The translations under genes and the position numbers were made by a program. A stretch of DNA of 50,753 bases from contig CAZQEY010000010.1 of the NCBI GenBank assembly GCA_964592485.1, positions 1 through 50,753 of the forward strand, written 5' to 3'. The notes under the pieces were generated by a model. The model ran no database searches, was not told the DNA's origin, and saw nothing but the letters and a program-made list of their open reading frames with translations. Origin of the DNA: an uncultured Planctomycetales bacterium (GTDB lineage: Bacteria; Omnitrophota; Gorgyraeia; Gygaellales; JAHJCI01). This document shows, one piece after another, positions 28,628 to 36,260 of this stretch (its first letter is position 1; each line of letters begins with the position of its first letter).

Positions 28628-31044
28628 TTCTGCTGAAAAATCATCCTTTCCTTAATCTGAGTTGATATGCCCTCAATAAAGGTTTTAAATTTTAAATATT
28701 CCGAAAGCGCAACATATCTTTTTTTTATCTGGGTTCTCTGTTTAAAGCGAAGATGACCATCTTCAAAGTGGTATTCAACACTTAAATCTAACCAAGGATT
28801 GCTTTCCTGAAAATCAGCCGGTAAATACTTTAACTTAACCCCTCGCGGTAAAACCACATCCAACTCAGCCTCCCGAATACTTGGCATTCCTAAATCAATA
28901 GGATATCGCCGCGATTGTTTTGCAATCACTGAAGTATCCAAAAGCGCCAATTGAGGAAATATCCTTAGATTACCGGCCTTAGTCCAATATTCTCGACCAG
29001 AGAAAGAATAATTCAAGATTACATTCTTATTGAGGTCATCTAAATTCTGGATATCATATTTTATTAACCGGGCAGCGGTGGATACCCCTTGGATTGCCTG
29101 CTTGAGGCTTTCGGAGATTGCCTCTTCGGTAGAGTACTTAAGCCAGAGACGCTGACCCGCATCATATAACCCTGTGGTAGCAACCATCTTTTCTGCCTCG
29201 ATTGTTCCATCAGGACTAATCTCCATTTTAAGAATCTGCCTTAGACTATTATGCTGAGCAGAATAGACAGGCGTTGTTTCAATTTGATAACCAGTATCGG
29301 TAAGGATAAAAATCCTTCTTTGCTGGTCATCGGCCGGCAAATTTCCAAAAGAACAGGTTGAGCAGGTAGGGTCAAGAAAGACCAAATCCTCATCTAACTT
29401 GACTACGGCAATACAATGATTAAAATTAACCGAAGGGAAATCTTCTTCTAAGTCAAGATAATCATCCGTGCCGATTAATACCGGGTAGCTCTCAAGGCCA
29501 ATTTCGCGTAACATTGCAACCAGAAGTATCGCCTGGTCCTTGCAATCGCCATATTTATTAAAAAAGATATCAATTGCTTTATGCGGCTCATACCCCGCCT
29601 GACCATATTCTACGGCAACATAGCGGATATCCTCGGCGCTGAAGTTATAGATTGCTCGCGCCTTATCCAGAATTGTTTCCTTATCCTGGGTTAAATCCTT
29701 GACCTTCTGTTTTATTGCTTGATTTACCTGAATTTTATCTTTGGCTAAATTCCACCACCAGTCATAAATCTCCTGCCAGGAATCAAAGGTAGAAATAAGA
29801 ATAATCGGATTAATCTTTGAATTCGAAGGCATATTTGCCTCAGGAATGATTGCCGGGATATCCTTAAATTCCCAAAGATATTCCTTGTATTCTGAATATT
29901 CTTTTACCACCGGCTCTAACTCTGCCTGGAATTTATTGTAATCTGAATTAAAGATTTTGTAGTGCAGTGGTTTTTCTGCCGGAATAACAAACTTAAAGTT
30001 AGCCTGAATAACCGGCTCGAGTTCCTGCAAATGATAAGAAATAACAAGATCGTCTTCATTAATCAATTGATTGCGATAAATTTTGTATTTATATTCGATA
30101 ATACAACCATGGGTAATCTCAGGGAACGAGATTATCCGTGCCCTGGCATTGCTATAAAGGGGAAAATTTAAATATTTAGAAACATCGCGTATATGGCGGC
30201 TACCCACAGGAACAACCACACCATCCGGCAGAATAGTACGCGCATATTCTAACTCTACCTTTTCATAGGTAGAATCATAACTAATCACAATTTCAGAGAA
30301 ATCCTGTTTACCCCGTTCATTTAAAATCTTAATAAGGAGATGTTCGGAAAAGACAGCCGAATTTTGCAGACTGAGTTCGACCTCTTCATCACAAAACAAG
30401 ATTAACGCTCCGGCATTAGGGTATTTTTCCGGCAGAGGAGCAGCTTTAATTATCTCCTGCAGGCTGGGTGATAAATCCTCTAAACGTAAATTCTCCCCTA
30501 ATCGGGTAATTAACTGGATTCGGTTCTGGGCGCGAGTTCTAAATAGCCCCTCATTAATCTGGCGATAAATATCCAAGGCCTGGTCATAGAGATTGAGCTT
30601 TTCGCAAACCTCTCCGTGATAATACAGAGCTTCACTGTCCGGATTATCTATCTTCTTGAATGCATCCCTTGCCTCGGTAAAATTATTAGTCTTATATAAA
30701 GCAAGGGCACGGTATTTTTTTGCCTCGGGGAGAGTTGTCTCTGATAGGTATTGGCTGGCTAATTCATATTCGGCCTGCTGATAATAAAGCAGGCCCAATT
30801 CGAAATAAGCTTGGTCTAAATCCTTGCCTTGGGCAATCAAGTCCTCGTATTTAGCAATGGCACGTTGGTAATAAGCCCGTGATTGCTTAGTATAATCCCG
30901 CGCTTCATCAAGTTTGCTCTTTTGAGTACAACCAGTTGAAAAATTCAAAATACAAAAAGCAAATATTAAAATGATAGACTGGAATTCAAAATTCTTTAAA
31001 AGATTTTTGATTTTTGATTTTCTATTTATATTTATAATACGCAT
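28624..31044 (-). CDS. Secreted or lipoprotein with N-terminal TPR repeats, a DUF3857-like region and a transglutaminase-like cysteine protease core
   Basis: YGDCKDQAILLVAMLREIGL is a TGase-like Cys motif. Start placed at MRIININ (AAGGAG SD); the ORF-track start lies inside hypD. Signal peptide ILIFAFCILNFSTGC. Confidence 0.7.
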   Translation of the reverse strand: MRIININRKSKIKNLLKNFEFQSIILIFAFCILNFSTGCTQKSKLDEARDYTKQSRAYYQRAIAKYEDLIAQGKDLDQAYFELGLLYYQQAEYELASQYLSETTLPEAKKYRALALYKTNNFTEARDAFKKIDNPDSEALYYHGEVCEKLNLYDQALDIYRQINEGLFRTRAQNRIQLITRLGENLRLEDLSPSLQEIIKAAPLPEKYPNAGALILFCDEEVELSLQNSAVFSEHLLIKILNERGKQDFSEIVISYDSTYEKVELEYARTILPDGVVVPVGSRHIRDVSKYLNFPLYSNARARIISFPEITHGCIIEYKYKIYRNQLINEDDLVISYHLQELEPVIQANFKFVIPAEKPLHYKIFNSDYNKFQAELEPVVKEYSEYKEYLWEFKDIPAIIPEANMPSNSKINPIILISTFDSWQEIYDWWWNLAKDKIQVNQAIKQKVKDLTQDKETILDKARAIYNFSAEDIRYVAVEYGQAGYEPHKAIDIFFNKYGDCKDQAILLVAMLREIGLESYPVLIGTDDYLDLEEDFPSVNFNHCIAVVKLDEDLVFLDPTCSTCSFGNLPADDQQRRIFILTDTGYQIETTPVYSAQHNSLRQILKMEISPDGTIEAEKMVATTGLYDAGQRLWLKYSTEEAISESLKQAIQGVSTAARLIKYDIQNLDDLNKNVILNYSFSGREYWTKAGNLRIFPQLALLDTSVIAKQSRRYPIDLGMPSIREAELDVVLPRGVKLKYLPADFQESNPWLDLSVEYHFEDGHLRFKQRTQIKKRYVALSEYLKFKTFIEGISTQIKERMIFQQK

Positions 31045-32161
31045 TACAGGCTCCTTCGCTAGAAACCATGCAGGGACCATAAGGATTTGCAGGGGAACAA
31101 ATCTTGCGAAATAAGGAGCACTCGGGAGGCTGAATTATTCCCTTCAGCACTTCCTTGCAGCGGCATTTCTCAAGTTTTTTGTTTGGTATTTCATATTTTC
31201 CCGTCTTTACATTTCTTGCTATAGCGGGATTCCGCTTGAAACGGGAAATATTAGGAAACACTATTCTTTTGGTCTCGAAACTTGAGAATGCATCCTTTAA
31301 CTCCAATCCACTTTGAGGAATTTCACCGAGTCCCCGCCAGGTAGCATTATCAGTCTTAAAAACCTTGAATATTTCTGCCTTTGCCTTTAGATTTCCCTCC
31401 TTTTTTACCACCCGTATATACTGATTTTCCACGCACGGTTTGTTCTGAATAACTTGACGAAGCAGGAAATAAATCCCCTCCAAGATATCCAAGGGTTCAA
31501 ATCCAGCCACACAGCAGGCAATCTTGTATTTTTTAGGAATAAACTCATATGCCTGGCTGCCGATGATTGTTGAGACATGTCCGGGACAGAGAAATCCGTC
31601 AATCTTAACTTGTCGGTCAAAAACCAATGCCTCCATTGCTGGAGGGATAAGTTTTAAGGCAGAAAAAAAAGAGAGATTGTTTAATCTTTCTTTTTTAGCT
31701 GCCTGCAGCGTAAGAGCTAAGGTCGAGGCAGTAGTCTCAAAGCCTACCGCCAGAAAGATTATCAACTTTTTTGGATTTTTTCTTGCTATACTCAGACTAT
31801 CCCAAGCAGAATAAACAACACGGACATCGCTACCCTCGGCCCTTTTCCTCTCAAGACTCGTGTTTGTCCCTGGTACCCGTAACATATCTCCAAAACTTAA
31901 GATGATTATATCCTTAAACTCGCTTAATTGGATTGCTTTATCAATATAATCCTGGTCAGACACACAAACCGGACACCCGGGCCCGGCAATCAAGTGTAGA
32001 TTCTTGGGAATTAACCTGTCTAAGCCAAAGCGGTGAAAACACTGAGTATGGGTACCGCAAACCTCCATCAGACGAATTGTGGTCTTCGGTATAATCTCAA
32101 ATATTTTCTGAGAAATCCGCTTGATAAGCTCTTTGTTGCGGAACTCATCAATAAATTTCAT
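31022..32161 (-). CDS. hypD: Hydrogenase maturation protein HypD
   Basis: MKFIDEFR N-terminus, MEVCGTHT, GPGCPVCV. Start placed at the ATG; the ORF track uses a TTG. Confidence 0.9.
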   Translation of the reverse strand: MKFIDEFRNKELIKRISQKIFEIIPKTTIRLMEVCGTHTQCFHRFGLDRLIPKNLHLIAGPGCPVCVSDQDYIDKAIQLSEFKDIIILSFGDMLRVPGTNTSLERKRAEGSDVRVVYSAWDSLSIARKNPKKLIIFLAVGFETTASTLALTLQAAKKERLNNLSFFSALKLIPPAMEALVFDRQVKIDGFLCPGHVSTIIGSQAYEFIPKKYKIACCVAGFEPLDILEGIYFLLRQVIQNKPCVENQYIRVVKKEGNLKAKAEIFKVFKTDNATWRGLGEIPQSGLELKDAFSSFETKRIVFPNISRFKRNPAIARNVKTGKYEIPNKKLEKCRCKEVLKGIIQPPECSLFRKICSPANPYGPCMVSSEGACNAYYKYK

Positions 32162-32366
32162 CTTCCCCTTCAAGCAATTGCAATGTCTGACGAGCAGCCT
32201 CCGGATTAACTATCTCTATGGCAAAACCTGCATGAACAATAACATAATCGCCCGGCTTTACCAAAGGCACCATTTGAACATTTACCTGACGCCTTAGCCC
32301 GCCGGTCTTAACCCAGGCAAATTGACCTTCTATCCTAGTAACCCTCATCGGTATTCCTAAACACAC
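32148..32366 (-). CDS. hypC: Hydrogenase maturation chaperone HypC, GTG start giving (M)CLGIPMRV
   Basis: Obligatory Met-Cys N-terminus found only with a GTG start, which is preceded by GGAAG. 72 aa. Overlaps hypD. Confidence 0.75.
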   Translation of the reverse strand: MCLGIPMRVTRIEGQFAWVKTGGLRRQVNVQMVPLVKPGDYVIVHAGFAIEIVNPEAARQTLQLLEGEDEIY

Positions 32367-32381
32367 CTGATATCTTCCTTC

Positions 32382-32522
32382 TTCAATTCGCCCGCCAAAG
32401 TTCTGTGGCGGGCGAATTGAACCCCGCACCTTTTTCCTACGAAGCAACTCTGCACAGTAGAAAGGTGCGGGGTTAATTCCGACTTACAACTTATGTCCTT
32501 TGAATAAACTCAGGACATAAGT
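32382..32522 (-). promoter_or_regulatory. Three consecutive strong hairpins in the hypC leader: a 15 bp TTCAATTCGCCCGCC hairpin, a 14 bp AACCCCGCACCTTT hairpin and an 11 bp ACTTATGTCCT hairpin
   Basis: Perfect inverted repeats at 32382-32421, 32420-32474 and 32489-32522. Confidence 0.7.
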
Positions 32523-32603
32523 TGTGTCGTCATTAAAATTCTATCATATCTGTCTTAAATTATCCAGAAAAGATTGCTTTTGCTTTGCTTGGCTTGAATC
32601 TGG

Positions 32604-33794
32604 TTAATGGGTCCAAGAGGCAACCGCTGCCTGCCCTAGACTGATGCTTATATCCGAGCAAGGCAGCATCTTATGAGTTAAAATATGAAATCCCGCTTTT
32701 TCTAATAAACCCAAACTTAACTTAAGTAGAATCTTATTCTGGAATACTCCGCCGGTTAAAATAACAGTATTAATCCGGGTGCCGCCTCTTATTCTCAGGC
32801 AGGTCTTTCTAATCATATCGGCAACAGTCAGATGAAAACAAGCAGCAATCTCTTCCTTACTGCAGTCATTTTTCAAATCAGCAATAATCTCCCTAAGGGT
32901 CAAAACCGGATCGATGACAAAAACCTGCCCAATCTTTTTAATCGCAAACTGATAACTTCTCGGCTGAGATTTATAACCAGAAGCGAGCCTTTCTAAATTT
33001 ATCGCTGCCTCAGCCTCGAATCCAACCCGGTAAATCTCTAAGACCAGGCAAGCAATAGCATCAAAGAGCCGACCAATGCTTGAGGCGGGAGGTGAATTAA
33101 AATTCTGCCTCCACATCTTTTCTAGGATAATCCAATTTTTTTTATTTATCCGTTTGAGAAAATCCAAATCTAAATCTAAAAAATTATTTCCAAAAGCCAG
33201 ACAAAGCCAAGCCGAAGCTACTCTCCAAGGTTCATAAATCGCTTTCTTGCCTCCTAAGAGAGGGATATATCTTAAGTGGGCTGCCCGTTTGAAATCCCGA
33301 TAATCAGCAACTAAGAATTCTGCGCCCCAGAGTGTTGAATCACTTCCAAAACCAGTGCCATCAAAGGCAACACCAATAACCCTTTGATTGCTAAGTTTAT
33401 TCTCAAGCATACAAGAAGCAATGTGGGCATGGTGATGTTGAACAGGAATAAGTCTTGGCCCATCAGAAATTTTTGCTCTGCATTTTGCTAAAGCACTATT
33501 TCTAGCGGAATTTATATTTTTTACTTTTTGCAAGTCGAGGATATATTTCGTCGAGAAATATCCCGGATGTTTGTCATAGGCAATAATCCTGGGTGACAGA
33601 CCAAAGCGTTGGGGAATTAAACTTATTCTCCTTTGAAATTTTTTAAAATTATCCGGTATCTCTAAATCGTTGATTACTTCGTTGATAAAAGCAGATCTAC
33701 GGTAAGCAAAGCAAAGGCTATTCTTTATATCTGCTCCCACTGCCAGTATTGGCTTCTTAATTTTAAAGGGTAAATCTATTTCTGACCAAGACAC
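32604..33794 (-). CDS. hypF: HypF-like carbamoyltransferase, Kae1/YgjD-like C-terminal domain only. No acylphosphatase, Zn-finger or YrdC domains in this ORF.
   Basis: PILAVGADIKNSLCF and QHHHAHIASC match HypF C-domain motifs. GTG start. 396 aa versus ~750 aa for full HypF. Confidence 0.65.
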   Translation of the reverse strand: MSWSEIDLPFKIKKPILAVGADIKNSLCFAYRRSAFINEVINDLEIPDNFKKFQRRISLIPQRFGLSPRIIAYDKHPGYFSTKYILDLQKVKNINSARNSALAKCRAKISDGPRLIPVQHHHAHIASCMLENKLSNQRVIGVAFDGTGFGSDSTLWGAEFLVADYRDFKRAAHLRYIPLLGGKKAIYEPWRVASAWLCLAFGNNFLDLDLDFLKRINKKNWIILEKMWRQNFNSPPASSIGRLFDAIACLVLEIYRVGFEAEAAINLERLASGYKSQPRSYQFAIKKIGQVFVIDPVLTLREIIADLKNDCSKEEIAACFHLTVADMIRKTCLRIRGGTRINTVILTGGVFQNKILLKLSLGLLEKAGFHILTHKMLPCSDISISLGQAAVASWTH

Positions 33795-34690
33795 TTGTCT
33801 TCTCCTATTTCTAAATTTAATATATTGTCAATCCTAAAGGTTCTTTCCTGCCTTCTCAAATTACAAAACCCTACGAGGTAAACCCCTTTAGAGACATCAT
33901 ACTCTTTTTCTGTTGCCCTATAGTCTCTAATGGCGCCCCCTTTCTGAATTATTGCCTTAGGTATAACCTCCCGTTCGGTAAGCTTGGCGCCAGCTCCGGA
34001 GAGATACCTTATCTTAAGACTTACTCCTAAATCCAAAGCTCGTTGAATTTGGGCAATCTTAGCGCTATTTATATTATCTAACAATTGTGAGTTTAAACCA
34101 AAAAGGCTAACAAATTGCTCAAAATCAACGACTCCTTTCCCAATAAGGGTGGAATTCAGACGATTAAAAACCTCCGCAGCTAACTGGGCGTCAGAAAGCG
34201 CACGATGCTTCTGGAGACTGTCTATGCCGAGTGTCTTGGCTACAAATCCGAGCGAATAGCTCCCTAAACCGGGCAACATCCTCTTTGCCATAATCAAAAT
34301 ATCCACTATCTGTAATCGCTCAGGAAGCCGGCAGTTGATTAAGTTTGACTCTGAAGATAAAAAGGCAAAATCAAATGGGGCGTTATAAGCAGCGAGGCAG
34401 GATTCAGAGATAAAATCCAAGAATGAAGGCATTACCTCGGAAATATCAGGAGCATCTTTAAGCATCTCCGGAGTAATCTGATTGACTACGAACGCAGCGG
34501 GAGAAATTCTTCTTTCTCCCGGATTTACCAGAGACTGAAATACCTCTAATCTCTGCTTATGCTTGTGCTTGTGCTTGTGCCTTAATCTAACTGCAGCAAT
34601 CTCAACAATACGGTCACCCGATTCTGGAGTAAGACCAGTGGTTTCCAAATCAAAGACACTGAATTCTATCTCGTTGATATTTTTAAGCAT
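33776..34690 (-). CDS. DnaQ-like DEDDh 3'-5' exonuclease fused to a C-terminal WYL-like domain; contains an (HK)4 repeat
   Basis: Exo I FDLETTGL and Exo III H...D. C-terminal YLVGFCNLRRQERTFRIDNI is WYL-like. Start taken at MLKNINEI. Confidence 0.65.
   Translation of the reverse strand: MLKNINEIEFSVFDLETTGLTPESGDRIVEIAAVRLRHKHKHKHKQRLEVFQSLVNPGERRISPAAFVVNQITPEMLKDAPDISEVMPSFLDFISESCLAAYNAPFDFAFLSSESNLINCRLPERLQIVDILIMAKRMLPGLGSYSLGFVAKTLGIDSLQKHRALSDAQLAAEVFNRLNSTLIGKGVVDFEQFVSLFGLNSQLLDNINSAKIAQIQRALDLGVSLKIRYLSGAGAKLTEREVIPKAIIQKGGAIRDYRATEKEYDVSKGVYLVGFCNLRRQERTFRIDNILNLEIGEDKCLGQK
34555..34578. repeat. Hexanucleotide microsatellite (GCTTGT)4 encoding HKHKHKHK inside the exonuclease-WYL gene
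   Basis: gcttatgcttgtgcttgtgcttgt. Confidence 0.8.
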
Positions 34691-34808
34691 AGGCACAATT
34701 TTGTCTCTTAATAATATAATCCAGATAATTACATGTAGAATTGGGAGAAATTTACCCCATTAGAAAGAAAGCATAATTCCAGAGATAGATGCAACTTTCT
34801 AACGGCGT

Positions 34809-35537
34809 TTACCTTCCTACAGAAAGGCGAGCTGCCAAAAATGAAGGCAAGCCACAAGCCAAAATCTTTTCCTGAGCAGATTTGATATCATAGCCTACCC
34901 TCTTAATCAATACCTCTTTTCTTTCAATATCGTAGATACAGAAGCTGGCCTTATTGTCGCCGTCCCGGGGCTGACCGACACTGCCTACATTAACAATATA
35001 TCGGTAGCCTTCTTGGAGTTTGAATCTTGTCTCTCTTTGAAAATCAATTCTTCCATCCTTATCTTGGATAAAAACGCCGCCTACGTGGGTGTGCCCAACA
35101 AAACAGATTGATTTATTCATCAATCTAAAAGTTTGTGCGGCTTCAGAAATATCGGTTATATAATGAAACTCCTGTGGTGAATTTAAACTACCGTGCACCA
35201 AGGTGAAATCCTCATTTTCATAAATAAACCTCAATGATGCCAAAAAATTATGATTGGTCAAATCCATTTTCCTCTGCGTCCAGATAACCGCCTGTTTTGC
35301 CCAATCATTGAAATACTCTAAAGAAAATAAACCAGCCACTGCCCAATCGTGATTTCCTGCGATAATCATCTGGGCAATATCCTTGACTATCTGGATACAC
35401 TCAACAGGGTTAGCCCCATAGCCGACTAAATCCCCAAGGCACAAATACATATCAATCTTTTCGGATTCATATGCCTTGATTACTGCCTCCAATGCCTCTA
35501 AATTGGAATGTATATCCGAGAAAATCCCGTAACGCAT
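34809..35537 (-). CDS. Calcineurin-like metallophosphoesterase
   Basis: GIFSDIHSN, LCLGDLVGYG, GNHD. Confidence 0.8.
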   Translation of the reverse strand: MRYGIFSDIHSNLEALEAVIKAYESEKIDMYLCLGDLVGYGANPVECIQIVKDIAQMIIAGNHDWAVAGLFSLEYFNDWAKQAVIWTQRKMDLTNHNFLASLRFIYENEDFTLVHGSLNSPQEFHYITDISEAAQTFRLMNKSICFVGHTHVGGVFIQDKDGRIDFQRETRFKLQEGYRYIVNVGSVGQPRDGDNKASFCIYDIERKEVLIKRVGYDIKSAQEKILACGLPSFLAARLSVGR

Positions 35538-35553
35538 AAGACAACAGACAATT

Positions 35554-35632
35554 CGCCCCGCACCTTTTCTTTATTCTTCTGGTTTTTATTTACAAATTTA
35601 ACTATATTTGAACATCAAGAAGGTGCGGGGCG
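35554..35632. repeat. Palindromic element copy (CGCCCCGCACCTT...AAGGTGCGGGGCG, ~53 nt loop) between acyP and the phosphoesterase gene
   Basis: 13 bp arms with compensatory flanking CG. Starts 2 nt after the acyP stop. Confidence 0.75.
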
Positions 35633-35633
35633 A

Positions 35634-35906
35634 TTAAAATCTTATTCCAAAATCTCTAAATTCTCCAGTTGGCTCCTGCCATTGAATATCTGCAGCCTGA
35701 ATGTAACTGCGAAAATATTGCTCAATGCGAGAAAGAAAATCCTTTAATACCGACTCCTCTGCCTCGGCAACCAACTCAACTTGACCACCGCGCAGGTTCC
35801 TTACCCAACCAGTAACTCTTGAATCCCGGGCCAAATCTTCAGTAGTAAAGCGAAAACCAACTCCCTGAACCCTACCTGAATAAAATACATGAATGCGTCT
35901 TAACAT
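35634..35906 (-). CDS. acyP: Acylphosphatase (stand-alone)
   Basis: GRVQGVGFR and GWVRNLRGGQVE signatures; 90 aa. Confidence 0.85.
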   Translation of the reverse strand: MLRRIHVFYSGRVQGVGFRFTTEDLARDSRVTGWVRNLRGGQVELVAEAEESVLKDFLSRIEQYFRSYIQAADIQWQEPTGEFRDFGIRF

Positions 35907-35914
35907 AATTAAAA

Positions 35915-35999
35915 TGGTGCGCGGGAGGAGATTTGAACTCCTACGGGTTGCCCCACTACCCCCTCAAAGTAGCGTGTCTGCCAGTTCCACCACCCGCGC
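35915..35999 (-). tRNA. tRNA-Leu (anticodon GAG), class II with a long variable arm, CCA encoded
   Basis: Hand-folded. 7 bp acceptor GCGCGGG/CCCGCGC. Anticodon loop UUGAGGG with U33. T-loop TTCAAAT. D-arm GGAACUGGCAGAC is Leu-like. Confidence 0.8.
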
Positions 36000-36008
36000 A
36001 AATTATCA

Positions 36009-36080
36009 CTGCCCCGTCTGGACTCGAACCAGAATACCAAGATCCAGAGTCTTGTGTCCTACCGATTAGACGACAGGGCA
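36009..36080 (-). tRNA. tRNA-Gln (anticodon CUG), U1-A72, G73 discriminator, CCA not encoded
   Basis: Hand-folded. Acceptor UGCCCUG/CGGGGCA. U8. Anticodon loop CUCUGGA. T-arm UCUGG-UUCGAGU-CCAGA. Confidence 0.7.
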
Positions 36081-36085
36081 AATCT

Positions 36086-36259
36086 TACCAGAGATTTTCG
36101 CGTATCCACTCATCTATCTTCTGAGCGCTTTGCCAATCCTTAGCAAATCCCTCTGCCCCACCCCTCGCTGCCCCCTTAAGCGTCTCACAGCCGCTAATAA
36201 TCATCACCAGGAGACACAATCCGCAGATTGTTAAAGCCAAAGTCGAGCGGAAATGCATG
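36086..36259 (-). CDS. Unannotated 57-aa small lipoprotein ORF (MHFRSTLALTICGLCLLVMIISGC...)
   Basis: AAGGGGGG SD 5 nt before the ATG. Lipobox IISGC. Fills the gap between the gltX stop and tRNA-Gln. Not in the ORF track (<60 aa). Confidence 0.45.
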
Positions 36260-36260
36260 G

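Noticed and set aside
32604-33794. Calling this a generic TsaD/Kae1 tRNA-t6A enzyme instead of a HypF fragment
   Set aside because: The QHHHAHIASC and GADIKNSLCF motifs match the HypF carbamoyltransferase domain, not the TsaD HxxH...GGVxxN pattern. Adjacency to hypC/D and acyP supports HypF. Still unverified.
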